A stretch of DNA of 64,000 nucleotides from Harriotta raleighana (lineage: Eukaryota), in NCBI GenBank assembly GCA_050575255.1, contig JBNZDD010013597.1:867299-931298 (forward strand), written 5' to 3'. Positions within the stretch are counted from its first letter, which is position 1. Every line of letters starts with the position of its first letter. Below, piece by piece: positions 1 to 14,069 of the stretch. Made by a program: the position numbers and the translations under genes. The notes under the pieces were generated by a model, which had not been told where the DNA came from, did not search any database, and saw only the letters and a list, made by a program, of their open reading frames with translations.

Positions 1-2067
1 GAACATTTCCCCCTGCTCGGGTCTTAAATCATCTGTCCAGCGCCTTGGCACGTCCTCCTGACGTGAAACGCACTCTATAAATGTAATTTTGTTGTTCTTG
101 TTGTTGTTGATACCTGATCTATATCCTCAACATGTTGGACTGAAGTCTAAAGATAAGCTTGGAACTAAAGTCTAATATCTTTTTTACGTGCATTTCAGCA
201 GTTATTACAGCAGTTATTTCCGAAGATGCCCAAAATTGGGAAGAGTTTCTCAGCAACGTTGATTGAAATAGGGCAAGGTTAAATTATTGATCATTATTCA
301 GAAACAACAGCTGCAGTGACTTATATTTTATTTGCATAATACAGTAATGTGCTAAGAAATGAATAGTCAGTGCAGTCAATTTTAATCAAAGCACGTTAAC
401 TTATTTATCCCTGTTCTGCAGCTTACAGGAGTTCTTGCTTTCTGGTGTATATGTTCTCAAGGCAGTAATATTTTTCTGAAAAGGGCTGAGGAAACTAGCT
501 TCTGTTTGATTTGGGGTTACTTTACACCCGACTGATTTAATCACAGATCTTAATTATTGAAAATTATAACCCAATCGGGATTGAGTTGTAAACCTGGATG
601 CAAGGTAATATTATGAGTTCATTTCACACTCTTGTTAAACGGAAAATGATATGATTTCCTTTTAAGAACATTACACAAATGATTAAACCAACCATGGTTT
701 AGGTTTCACTTTCACTTTGGTTTGCTAGGATGCTACTGTAGAAATAACACAGCTGTTATGTATTCCAACATTTTATTCTGTTTAATACTTACAAAGTGAG
801 GTGGAATGTACTCCAGCCAACTGTAATTGCCCACTATCTTTCATACAAAGATGTTTATTTGAAGCTACATATAGATAGCCATCGGGCTGTCTGTAACTTC
901 TATTTATTTTGGCTATATTATTGATCAGGTATGCAGTTCATCACAGGCTCATAAAGCATATCAGAAAGAAAATACAATAATATCCCCACAATATTATAGA
1001 TGATTTTACAGTGCTGTGAAAATAAGAACCTGAGCTTTGTGTAGGTTTTTGTTGGATGGCTGTGGTTGATTAGTGTGAAAAATCTGTTGGAAAAAGTCCA
1101 CCTCTGAAAATATCTTATCTGGTGACTATGTAATAAAATGTCTTATCAAGTAAAAACAGCTGCAGTTTCCTTGAAAGTAAAGCAGAATCACTGTTCAAAT
1201 TCTGCATGGTGAACTTCTAGATGAGAGAGAACTTCTAGGTCAGAGAGAAAATGTTTCAGTTCAAAGAATGTGGCACATGTATGATAGTCATAAATAAAAA
1301 TTTGAGGAAGTTCTCCAAACCTCATTTACAGATGAAAGACATTTTTGCATTGAAACGTTTTGTTTGTGCACAGTTCCCACTTTCTCCAAGCACCTTCTGC
1401 ACCTAACAAACCTCTCTGATTAGAAAAGCTAACATTCCTTGTTCTGCAAATGACAATTCATCAATCAGCAATAATTAATCATTAATAATGACACCAACCC
1501 CATGCCTGGTTTAGACTATTTTGCCAGATTGGCAAAACAATACTATAGTATTATGTAATGGAAAAATGCAATGATATACCAAATTAGTTTTGCTCGGATG
1601 TTGCTGTAAGAATAACACGGCTGTTATATATTCCAATATTTTATTCTGTTTCATACTTACAAAGTTGAGTGTAAATGAAAAGCAGAGTGTGCTGGTCTTT
1701 TAGATGAAGAATTGCTAATGATTTAGTCTTAGATATCAGTATAGTATTATATATCTTAGATATCAACTCAAGAGTGCAGAAAGTTAGGTTAAATAACCAG
1801 TAACCTCAGTATCAAGTGATCCAATCTCACTGATTGAATGATTATAAAACCATGAACAATGGTTCAATTATTATGAATGCACAGGGAGTTTTATTAGATA
1901 TATATATATATGTGTGTGTGTGTGTATATTGTACAGTATATAGAATTACACCTGAAACAGCCTATATTTATGAGGCTATAACACAATCCAGATATTCAGA
2001 AGACATTTAGCCTGCAAAATCAAATCTTTGAAACCCTTCAGGTATTTTTTACAGCCATTACAAATTA

Positions 2068-3073
2068 CAGTAAAAGCCCATTTATCTGGCACCCTCAGGC
2101 CCTGGCCAAGATGCCGGATAAACAGCATGCCGGATATTGGGCCAAAAACCCAACACAAAAAAAACATTTTTTTTAAAATACCATATTAATAATAGACTAA
2201 ATAATAACAGAATATTGTGTGGATACTTACCAATAAAGCAATAAATATCGATTACAATCTATAAACACAGCACACAATCACAAAGCAAACTTCTACAACG
2301 GCGGACGGTAGTGGCTTAAAGCGGTACTATCGGTTTTTCCTCTTTTTTTTCTTTCTCTCCCTCCTTCCCTCTCTCTCTTTCACACACACACTCAGTCAGT
2401 CTGGCATCTCAATGGCTCCAAACCCCCTCCACTCCTCTCTTATTTTCCATCTAAATTAATCAACTCAACTCCCCCCTCTCTCTCCCCCTCCCACTCCTCT
2501 CTCTTTCTCCCCACCTCTTTCCCTCCCTTCCCCCCCACCCTCTCTCTCCCTGCCTCTCTCTCCTTCTCTCACACCACCCCACTCCGAAACAGTGTATAAA
2601 CCCACAATACAGTCAAGCTACACAGGCAATACATCAAATCCATCAGAGACAGAGGGAAAGAAAGAAAGGAAGGAAGGAAGGAAAGGGGAAAGATAGAAAG
2701 GAAGGAAGGGGGAAGAGATAGAAAGAGAGAGGGAGAGGTAGAAAAAGAGAGGGAGATAGAAAGAGAGAAAGGAAGGAGAGAGAGAGAGAAAGGAAGGAGA
2801 GGGAGAGAGAAAAAGAAAGAAAAATAGGGAGAGAAAAAGGAGAGGGGAGAGGAAAAACCGACAATACCACTTTAAGGAGGAAAACCGGAAGTGCCACAAC
2901 CGACAGCATTCAGAACTAATCGTACTGTACTCTTGTGCGACAATCGACTCATTAAATGTACCTCCGCGATTGTGCCGGATAAATCCAGTTATTCGAATGT
3001 GGACCTTTTTTTTGAGGTGTGGGTTATGTGCAAGTTACGGTTGATCGGGTCACGGATAAACGGGCTTTTACTG
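2068..3073 (+). mobile_element. Non-autonomous Tc1/mariner (pogo/Tigger-like) DNA transposon
   Basis: TIRs CAGTAAAAGCCCATTTATCTG ... CGGATAAACGGGCTTTTACTG, TA on both sides. Internal CT-rich and GA-rich tracts. Confidence 0.85.
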
Positions 3074-4910
3074 TACAATGTTAGTTTTGTACTTCAAAGC
3101 AGTTATAATAGTGACTAACTGATCCCTTGTGACAATCGTGCAAAGATATAGCATTTATATCTCAATAGGCTGAGAAAGTCCTTAGGGTAATTATGTTGAC
3201 AGATCTATGGTACCATATATTAGATCATGGAACAAAAAGATGTGAAGATATAAGATTAGTTTTTCGAAGATGTTGCTTTAAAAACTACAAAGATATTATA
3301 CATTCCAACATTTCACTCTTGTTTAGTTTGTACAAAATGGGAAATTGTCATACATAAGCAAAATAAACGAAATCTCAATTGCTATGTGAACAAACGTTTT
3401 TTCTGATCTACTTATAGCAAATTATTCATCTGAACATATTATTTTACTGGCTCCCAAATAATACATTAATATTTATTAATATTGGTATTGGCCTTAGTTC
3501 TTACTTTCCATACAGAGTGGATGGCTATTATAGGTGGATGTTTGCCAATCATAAATGAAGCCTTTTCAACCATTTACTCAGAGTTAATGCCAAGAATAGT
3601 TATATTGAACTGGTAACAGAAGTGTCAAGTTGTCTCAGTTATTAATTAAAAGCTGGCATCTGAATAAAAGAGCATGATAAGGGATCTAGGAATAACTATT
3701 ATAGTGATAATTATCCTTGAATTTACTATCACAACTTTAACATCAGGATTAGCTTTAGCTTCACAGGGTTTACTTTAAAGTGTAGTGACTGGAACATGTT
3801 TGAACAGTTATTGGGTGTCAGAGCATTTCTTTTCACAAGGTAATTAATTAAGCTGTTGGCAATGTTTCATACAAAAATATACACTTCATGGATTTTCACA
3901 CTGGAACAAAAATTTATATTGATTTTATAATAATGGTTCTGTTCTATATTTATTTGTGTCGTGGTTCAATGCATTGTGAAGAATAGATTTTTGGAAAAGT
4001 AATTTGTAAAATATTTTTTAATGTGAAGTAGTTTCAAAAAAGAAGTTCATATGTTTAGTTTCTTGAAGTAATACAGTATAAACATGTGCATGAGACAGTT
4101 TAAGACATCCATACAAATGCATACATATTGCATTTGTTGATACGGTACTTTGCTGATAATAAAGATGAATCCATAGTCATTCCTATGTGGTGAGCATTGC
4201 TTTATTGCATATTAGTTTAGTCATAAGCATTGTTACTAAGATTGGTGAGGTGAGAATCCGCCAATTGTTCTCCTCATGTTTAACCTTTAGCTAATTTTTT
4301 ATTTTGCTGAGATGTACTGTAGTTCCATGAACTTGGGACACTACTCCCACATGAAGGGCGCTATATTAATGCAAGCTGATGTTGTTGCATTTCAGCTTTG
4401 ATCTGGACTTAACAATATATTCACATTTTTATACAATTTCATCTTGCACTGACTCCAGCAAAATGGTAACCGACATGGGGTGAACCTTCCAGAGTTCAAA
4501 GTCAAAATGTATTAACATTTCATGTAGTTTACTGGATCATCTTGGTACTGTAAATGTTTAAAGTGAGTAAGGAATCTTATTGGTTCTTAGCTAACATTAC
4601 AAATGTCACTCACATAACAACAACAACAAAATTATATTTTTAGAGCACTTGTCATGTCGGGAGGATGTCCCAAGGTGCTGGTTGATAGAACAATGTTCAT
4701 GGACTGGGCTTTTCTTTTCTACTTTGCAGAAGTAGTCATGTGAAATCAACAGTGAAGCTCCACAGCTGTCAAGATTGCACAACTTCACAACAGTTTCACT
4801 CTGTTATCTGCATAATAACTGGGCCAGAGGATGATGTTGTAATTGTGCAGTATTAGTTGCAGTTCCTGGAGGCTGCTGTATTTTGTACAGTATATAGCTC
4901 AACAGCAATA

Positions 4911-5551
4911 CAGTCAACCCTTGCCGAACGCGACTTTCTCGAGTACTGATTCGCCTACATGCGAAGAAATAAATGCGGCAATTTTTTTACATAACTCGAA
5001 TAAAATTTTCGAATACACGCTGGCTGGCCCTGCGCGCATGCGCATTTGGGAGGACGCCGGCAGCTCCCAACTAAGACCGATGATTCCTCAGCTGGCTGGC
5101 CCCACATGAATGCGCATTTGGGAGGATGCCGGCTCTGTGCACAATGCACACTTGGGAGTACACACTTTCCTCGGCCTTGGAGCAACCTGATGGCATTGCA
5201 TAGTAAACAGAAGAGGCAGAGAGAGAGAGTCTCCTAACACTTCCAGGACCAATGGTAAAATAATTTAGCCAAGCTGTGTTAGTGTAAGATGCTGTTTTAT
5301 TGTCTCCAGTGAGTCAGTGAGAGCGGGGAGAGTGATGATCAGGGAGACCGAGCCAGCCACCTGTAGCCCGTCTCAGTACTACCTTGCGTTGGTCGGGTGT
5401 GGATGTGCCTGGATGCTTGAGGTTCAATAGTATGTGGATGGATTCTCCTAATCCCCTTTTTCTCCATTACTTATTAAGCTTACTGACTGCGATTTTACCA
5501 AGTATGCTCTTTTCCAGGAAAGTAACCCCCATGTTCGGCGAGGGTCTACTG
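4911..5551. mobile_element. Tigger-like MITE, second TIR type
   Basis: TIRs CAGTCAACCCTTGCCGAAC ... GTTCGGCGAGGGTCTACTG, TA on both sides. Confidence 0.8.
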
Positions 5552-7642
5552 TATCTATAGAGTAAAGGAACATTGGGAATGTTTCTCATCAAAATCAACA
5601 GAGGGATTTATTTTCTGCCCAAGATGGGGGAAAACATCTTGAAATTTTAATAATCGATATTTTAATGATTTTTCTAATTCACAAACATACTGTGAAATGG
5701 AAAGTCAGAAGCAGTGCCCATGCCTTCAGTTTTGATCCAATTGAAAGTATGTTATTCAGTTCTGCAGCTGTGTGACCATATCAGCTAATGGTAGGTGAAA
5801 TAACCAGTCAGTGTGTCCTACTGCCATTAGTCCTGATACCATTATATGCATATTAAAGAATGTAATTTGAAATAGCAGCGTGCTTCAACTGGAGTAACGC
5901 GTGGGCATTGATGTGGTTTAATTCTGAAAATCAAATTAGTATTAATGTATTTGTTGGTTAAACACTTGAAGGTTCTTGTTGAAATAAAATGCATGTTCAT
6001 GGTTGTGATCTGAATATAATTAAGTTGAATGTTCAGCAAGCATTGCTTTTTTATTTTATTAATAATTCAACTTTTTGAACTGTAATCCGATTGCAGTATT
6101 GTTTGCTGCACATTTAAGTACATTGGATCACGGTTACCATGTCAACCTCATGTGTAGATGAAGGTGTTATTGATGATCAGCTCAGAGCATTCGGTACATC
6201 TACCAGTTTTTTTTGTTTCAAAAATGAAGGTCTATAAAGCATTCCTTGGGTTCAATTACAAGTAGGTAAGGTTGATCTGAGCTGACTGACAATATTAACG
6301 GATAAATTAAATTACAGAATTATAGAAATTATTATTTGCTTAACAGAAAGCAGTTTAATTAGCAATGAATGTATGAAGATTAGTCAATTAAAATTGAACT
6401 AATTGAAATAATAGATTTTGAAATACAAATTACACCATAAGAACTAATGCAAACTATTCTCAAGTTTCTGTTTTAATATTGTGGATATAGTTTATATTAA
6501 TTTAAATATTTTGAAACTATTGCGCTATACAATAGTCTATGCTTGTATTGAAATCTAATACAGATATCACGTCCTGTGTGTTGTGCACTATGCACAGGAA
6601 ATATCACTGACGTCACTTCCTGCGTATGCTTACTATGTGCAAGAAGTGCTGCCAACATCACTTCAGAAAGGAAATGACATTAGCAGCTGTGCATGGAGTA
6701 CGTGAGAATTGAGATTTGCCCAATCATTTCTTTACTGTACCTTCCTGTGGAGCCTCTTTACCGTTACATTCTGCATCAGTGTCACAGAAATAGCCTTGAA
6801 GCAGCTTGAATCATTATAATTACAAAAGTACTTTAAACTGTAATTGAACTTTTAGTTTTATTAGGACCAAATCATATATTAGCAAAAATACTGAGCTTGA
6901 TGTGAGTGAAAAGTTCCAATTAATCTTAGGATTCAGAAGATGTTCATGATCTGTTTGAACTCTGCTGTTATGGATTATTACATCATCAGAACATTTCAAC
7001 TAAAGTGGAGGCTTGTAAAATTGATGTCTTCACATTGGAGTAGATTGAAAAACACAAAAGCCATTTTAAGGTCACTGTGCCTGAAGGTCATTTTTCACGG
7101 CACATGTCCAATCTAATGTGGCTGATCATTTTCTGAAATGAAAATAGTTATGCTGTCAAAAAAGGCATGAACAGAAATGAGTAAGGGTGATGTGCTTAGA
7201 CTATTTGTTTTTTTTTAACCTTATTTATATGAAGGTCTATTAATGAACAACAAAAAATTGTATGCCATTGAGGTAGGGTAGTATCTCGGAGTGCTTAACA
7301 ATAGCATGACGCAGAGTTGAAGCTACTCTGTTATCATCTTTTGTCAGGGATATGGTAGTGGGTGGCACGTCTATTTTGTGCCAACAAACTTGTCAAGTTT
7401 TAAAAAAATGTCATCTGATTTTATGAGATTATTGTAATTCAAAAGTTTGCATTTAAGTGCTAGATCATTTAAGAATACTGGAGAACAAAATAAGATAGAA
7501 TTTAACACTCCCCACACCATCACCAGCACTATTATAGGCAAGCTCAATTTAATGCCTCAGCCGAAAGACAGCATTTCTATCAATGTTAATACACTCTTCC
7601 ATACTGAACCAGAATATCAGCCTTGACTGTAAATTGGAAAAC

Positions 7643-8850
7643 ATTAGAATATATTAGAATATACAGCACAGGAACAGCCATTTGTTCAACTGGTCTATAC
7701 AGACGTTTATGCTCCGCATGAGCCTCCTCCTATCCCTCCTCAACAGCTTACAAGCATAACCTTCTATTCCTTTCTCCCTCATTTACCTCATTTATGGTTT
7801 TGTCTTAAATACATATATGCTATTTGCCTCAAGAACTCCTTGTGGTAGCGAGTTCCACATTCCCACTACTCCCCGCGTAAAGATTTTTTTTCTAATTTGA
7901 TCTATTTGTGATATTTTATATTGATGGCCCTTGGTTTTGGTCTCCCCACAAGTGGAAACATCTTCCCTATGTCTACTCTATCAAAACCTTTCAAAATTAA
8001 AAAAAACTCTTATCAGATCACCCCTTACCTTACTCAACCTTTCCTGATAGGTATAATCTCTCAGTTCTGGGATCATCCTTGTGAATCTCCTTTGCACCTT
8101 CTCCAGTGCCTCTATATCCTTTCTATAATTAGGGGACCAGAACTGCACACGGTATTCTAAGTGTAGTGTAACCAAGGTTCTACATAGGTTTAGTATAACT
8201 TCCCTGCTTTTCATTTCTATCCCTCTAGAAATGAATCCCAATGCCTGGTTTGTCTTTTTTATGGTCTTATTAATCTGCATTGCTACTTTTAATGAATTGT
8301 ATATGTGTACTCCTGGATTCCTTTGATCCTCCTCCCCCATTAAGATTTTTATTTTCCAGGGTGTAAATGAATTATTTATTCCTCCTACCAAAATGTTCCA
8401 GTCACACTTTTCTACATGGAAATGCATTTGCCATTAAATGTCTTTTCGGCAAGTTTATTAATATCTTAATGTAATTTGTCGCAGTCCTCCTCTGTATTAC
8501 TACTTCCCCCAATTTGGTATCATTCATAGATTTTGAAATTGTACTGTTGATTCTCAAGTCCAAATCACTAATGTAGATTATGAACATCAATAGTTCCAAT
8601 ACTGATCCTTGTGGAACACCACTGCCCACCCTCTGCCAGTCTGAGTAGCTACCCTTTACCGCTACTCTATGTTTTTCTATCTTGTGGCCAGCTTGCTACC
8701 CATTCTGCTACTTTTTCTTCTAACTCTACATGCTCTTACCTTATTCATTAGTCTATTATGTTTTGTCTTATCGAATGCCTTTTGGAAATCCCAATATACT
8801 ATATTACATTTACCACATTACCCTTGCCTGCACTTTCTATTACCTCTTCA
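7643..8850 (-). mobile_element. CR1 LINE 3' fragment (decayed RT domain plus 3' tail)
   Basis: Minus-strand ORFs with SGVPQGSVL, LEYRVQFWSP and LEKVQRRFTRMIPEL. TTCTAAT-like tail repeats near 7645. Confidence 0.92.
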
Positions 8851-9693
8851 AATAATTAAAATGAGCTAAAAATGTCTAATTAAATTAAAATGTCTACAAG
8901 TTCAATGCCCCATCATTGAAAGAAACAGGATTTTCAAGATTAAAATGCTCTGAAATATTATTATCCTGACAAACCTGTTTACTATGCTTTGTATTGGTTG
9001 TGTTTTACCTTAGCAACTGACATATTAAAGAGGCCAGAGTATTTAATCTTTGAAACTACAATCTTAATACAGTACGTACATCAATCGCCTTATTCTCCAG
9101 TTTGTGCTGTATCCAAACCATTAACTGTGATATCAACTCACTATTAATCCTGGACCTATATCATAAATCATCATTTTGAATCCTCATTACATCCATATTC
9201 AGAAATATATTTGAAATTAGGATCAGGATGTAACTGAAGCAATTTTATTCTCGTCCCATAAAGCAAACTTTTATTGTTCAATCATGCCAATGAAGCTAGC
9301 TTTTAGTCATAAATGTAGCCAGCAAGCAAGATAATGTTATATTTACCCCTGCCCTTAAGGCATTTTTTAACGGTGAATCCATTAAATTGCTAACGTGATA
9401 TGAAGAGTTGTTTCTCCACTAGATCAAGCAATTTTGTCACACTTAATGAAGTAAATAGAATGGTATCATTTTCATTTTTGTCTTCAGAATTCAGAGGAAT
9501 GTGGTAATGATGGACTACTTGAATAGATTTTTGCAGGCAGTAAAATACTGCAAAAGACAGGCCACATTTCAAATCTCTCCTTACTATAAAACTGCCTGTT
9601 TCACATAATGCTTCTTCCAGCTTTCCAGTAATCTGCATTGTGGAATAACTGAGCAGTGATAGAAGCATTTGGTGTTTGGTAGATAGGCAGAAG

Positions 9694-10055
9694 AATAACA
9701 ATCCTTGCATTTGATGTGGTGCTTATCACATCTTCAAGATGTCTAAAAATGCTTCACAGAGTGTATTGTAAAGTGAATTGACCATGTATTTTATAGGTGA
9801 AAGCCAGCAGAGCAGTGGTGTAGAGCATATAGTAGTGGATTGAGTGATCCAAATAATGTACTTTTTTTTGAAGGAATTATTAACCCCGGAAAAGCGATCC
9901 ACCAATCAACTAACAACCAGATTCTTTCTTACTGCAAGGCAAACGGTGGAGTGTGGAGTGAAGAAACTTGTCCAACATTTTGTCCTGCCCAGAATCAAAG
10001 CCAGGTCTCTCGCTGGCGAGACGAGTGCTCTAACCTCTGAGCTAGAGGACTCCAC
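9694..10055 (-). mobile_element. tRNA-derived SINE, same family as 41796-42148
   Basis: Reverse complement begins GTGGAGTCCTCTAGCTCAGAGGTTAGAGCACTCG and ends ATCAAATGCAAGGATTGTTATT. Confidence 0.85.
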
Positions 10056-10509
10056 TTGAATGTATCATGTGTTTGCATATCTGTTTGCATGACCTAAGAA
10101 GCTACTGCGGATAGTATTACCTGCAGATTTTTTTTCAAAGATTGAGGAAATTTTGGGGGAAACAATAGTGGATGTTATGATATTGTTCTCAAATCAGAAT
10201 ATTAAAGGAAGCTTATCTTCTGAAGCTTGATAAATTGAACAAGAGTCTTAAGTATCGCGCTAGGTAGTTTAAGCATTTAGTGACACTGTAGTTTGATTTA
10301 TTGTAATCTCAACTCAGTCATTCAGAACATAATTGGAGCTCTTCTTGATTCACCAGATAATAGGTGCAAGTCTTATAGCACTCTTGCCTATGATTGTTAG
10401 TTGAGCTTATTGTCCAAACTGACATTTTATTGCAATACCGTTAACCTTCATCGAAGGCAACTTTATCGATTGCTAATTTATACAGTTGCAGCAAGACTTC
10501 CCAACTTGT

Positions 10510-10649
10510 ACTCTAAACCTTTTTGAAATGAACGCTAGCATGCCGTTCACCTTCTTAGTTGCTTGCTGCACCTGCAAGCTAACTTTTTGAGACTGGTGTA
10601 CAAAGCCACCCAAATCCCTCTGAGTACTAAAACTATCTAACCTATCCCA
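10510..10649 (-). mobile_element. Short CR1 RT fragment
   Basis: Reverse complement reads CAGAGGGATTTGGGTG..CTT GTACACCAGTCTCAAAAAGTTAGCTTGCAGGTGCAGCAAGCA, corresponding to the CR1 'QRDLGV.V..S.KV..QV' region. Confidence 0.65.
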
Positions 10650-11050
10650 TGGTTGAGAATTCTGCAGCTTGTGTACTCTCCCGCACTAGGCTCCGCGACC
10701 ACATCACTTTCACCCTCGCCCATCTCTACACTGGTTCCTCATCTTCCACAGGGTCAAATTCAAGATCTTTGTCCTCACTTTCAAGGCCATTCAACGCCTA
10801 TCATTCTGACCCGCTGTCTCCTATCAGCCTTCCCCTCCCCTCTGTTCAGCGGGCTCTGGCCTGCTCATGTCCCCACCCGAACAACCCTAACATTGTTGGC
10901 CGGTCTTTCAGCCTCTCTACCCCCACACTCTGGAACTCCATCCCGCAATCCCTTCACCTCGCGTCCTCCCTTTCCTCCTTCAAGGCCAGTCTGAAGACCT
11001 TCCTCTTCAACGATACCTTTTACTCCCCTCCTGACTTTCCCCCCCAGTCC
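10650..11050 (+). mobile_element. L2-clade LINE 3' ORF2 fragment
   Basis: ORF with NSAA.VL.RT..RDHIT..LA.L, GRSFS...PTLWNSIP and SLSSFK..LKTFLF, typical of the L2 C-terminus. Confidence 0.85.
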
Positions 11051-14000
11051 TACTCTCCTTCCCCCTACCCAACCCCCTCCTCCAACCCTCCTGCTTGGGT
11101 GACATATACTTATACTGTATACTTCAATCAATCAATCAAAATTTTATTTATATAGCGCCTTTCACGTCGGGAGGACGTCCCAAAGCGCTGTACAGCCAAG
11201 TAGGGGGGGAGGGATCAGGGAAAGGACTAGGAAAAATTGACTGTATATTTGTGGGCGAAATTACAGTACTGTACTTTGTTAAGCTGTCACTACCATGTCC
11301 ATTGTGTTGCTATTTTTCCATTCATTTGTAAAATTCACATTGCCAGAGAAGACCTTCCTTGTCTCATTTGCATTGATAATTCTCAGTAATTTGGTTTCAT
11401 TCGTCAGTTACTTCTGTGGCCCTGGAGACAGTCTCTCCTTTCAGTTTTGACAGCAAAACCTCGTGGTGGAAATAATCCATTTTACCAGTGTTGTGTTCCG
11501 AGATGAGAATCAGTGTGATGTTTTGGAATAGAGTTGCTTTCAATTCATCTAAACAATAATTTTTCTGAAATTATGAATTTTATGTTTCTAAATTTTAATC
11601 TTCGTGTGCAGTGAGAGCTTGTTTTTACCTCACAGGATGAGGAGAAGACAGTTGAGTAGAGATATGGGGTGAAATTCTGCCACAGTGACTTTGATACTGT
11701 AAAGTCAACTTATACCGTAATGAAAACACTGATTTATAAGCATACTTCACTAAGCATCAAGAGAAATGTCTTATGTCCTATAAATACCAGTATCAGAAGT
11801 CAGCAGAATATTGTGAATTTTAATAAGTAGTCTAGATGTTTTGGAGGCTTGTTACACAAATATTCCTAGAATGAATCCGCAGAAGCAACAAACAAATCCA
11901 CACTCAAGAATACAGTGGTAAATAATTGGAAGCAAAGCTGATAACATACACCTCTACATTGATGTAAATGAAGCCAAATTGAGTTAGCCAATAATCAAAA
12001 TACCCAAATAGAATATATTAGATGAGAGACTTTCAGATTTGATTTGTGAAGTGTCTGGATGCAGAGATTGTTGTACTTCTTTATCTGTTTTGTAATTGTG
12101 CATTTAGGGATTGGGAATGAGGAGAAATGCTGGAACTTGTTGGTCTCAATAATTAGTCATGAAGAATGGTAAAATAGTTGTGGAGCTTGTTTTGCTTTCA
12201 TTTATATTTTTTCTCATATTAAGATGGAGAATTTGGACCACTAACATTTCAGACATCTAGTATGGCTGTGATATGGAATAGCCACTTTCAAAATAAAACT
12301 TTTCACCTGCTAACTTCAATGTCAATCAAGCATTGATTAATGTGTTTTTCTATTTACATACATTAATCCTTATTGTTTCTCTGAGTGAGATTCACAATTA
12401 TAGGAAATTCTTTCCTGGAACTCATTTCTAATTGGGAAATGTGTGACAAAGTGATAAAATGCCTGAAAACCTTCCGCTTCGATCATGCTTATTTTGTGGG
12501 ACCCTGCTGTACGCAGTTGGCTACTGCGTTTCGCCTACAGTCAATTCACTTTAAGCATATTCTGTGAAGCGCTTTGAGACGTCTAGAAGATATGATAAGG
12601 TACTATATCAAATGCAAGGATTATTATTATTATTATTTCCGTACCATATCACTTATTTCATTGAAAAGAAGAGACTTTCATCCCAACAGTTTGGGTTTGA
12701 AACAAGTAACAACAACAACAACTTTGATTTATATAGTGCCCTCCACGCCGGATGGCGTCTCAGAGCGCTTAAGTACTCATGTTTCAAGAAACAAGTCCAG
12801 GTCTAAGTACAGAGAGGGTACTACCCACTGATTCTCTCAGGCCCAGGGTCTTTCATGAGTTCAGAAATTGTATGGAGTATTCTCTTCATGGGCTTGCAGG
12901 TCTCGTAGCAGGTCTCGTAATTTCTTCAAAATAATCTCTTGGGTCATTTATATACCATAAAGTGTCAGCTGCTCTTTCATTTTTGTGTTGTGACCAGTTG
13001 TCCTTTGTCCATGTGTAGTTGGTTCAAATTTACAGCCAATGTATCTACATTTCCTTTGATTCCGCAAATGTTGCTAACTTGCATATAATAGCCTAGGCCC
13101 AAATAGCCCAGAAGAACATATTCCAGTCTGAATACATTTTTGTCAGGTGTACATTTCTGGCGAACTAATTATAATTATGCTCAAGTGCTAATGTGAAACT
13201 CAGGTGATTATACATAGTACCTGTGCTGACAGGAAAGCTGGCTTGTCCTATATTCTGACTGATAAACCTCCAGGAACAGTTACAGTAACATTGAATCCAC
13301 TGAGATTTGCATATCTCCGAATGTATCATAACCTTTAATACCACTGACTTTAAAAGGCTGATTTCACTGGTTAAACCAGTGTCGGACCAGGATATTGCGG
13401 AACATATTAACATGTTAATATTAATGTGTAGCATTTTCATATCATTATCCATACATTTAAAGTATTTGAAATGAACCATGGGCCTGAAGCTTGGTTTGCA
13501 TATTCAAGTTGAAGTTATTAATCATAGATGGCAAATTACATATTTATAAACCACAGGCACAATGGTAACAAATAAATGAATAGAAAATCTTTTTTTTTTC
13601 TCAATCAAACCTTGATCAGCACAGAATTAAAAACAAAAGATAAAGAAGAAGAAGCATTTTTTTGGTTGCTCCTGTATTTTGTGCTGGTGTCTGCAAGCCC
13701 TCAGGAGTGGTTCCACCTCCATCAAACGTCAGTGTTAATGGGAGAAATTACTTAGTATTAAACACACAAATATTGTTTGGTATTATTGTGGCTTTCAAAT
13801 CGTTCTTGTCCGGCTAAGAATCAAAGTAAAGCCTTTGAAGCAGCGTTTCCAGACTTCCTCTTATTACTGTATAAATGGCATTGACGCTCAAACTTTTAAA
13901 GGTCAATTCCAATAGGTATCACTGACTCCTGTGGATTTACTGTGTTCTTTTCGCACCTTATCGTCAGAAAGCTGACTCACTGTCTTGCAGGATATTTAAG

Positions 14001-14069
14001 AATTGGCTTTCACATCTTTGTGAGCTTTTTACTCAGTCTGGTATAGTAACATACTCATAAACCAGAATA

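Noticed and set aside
2618-2909. Hydrophobic F/L/S-rich ORFs (also 39821-40383, 54411-55050, 59090-59564)
   Set aside because: Translations of low-complexity purine/pyrimidine or TG tracts.
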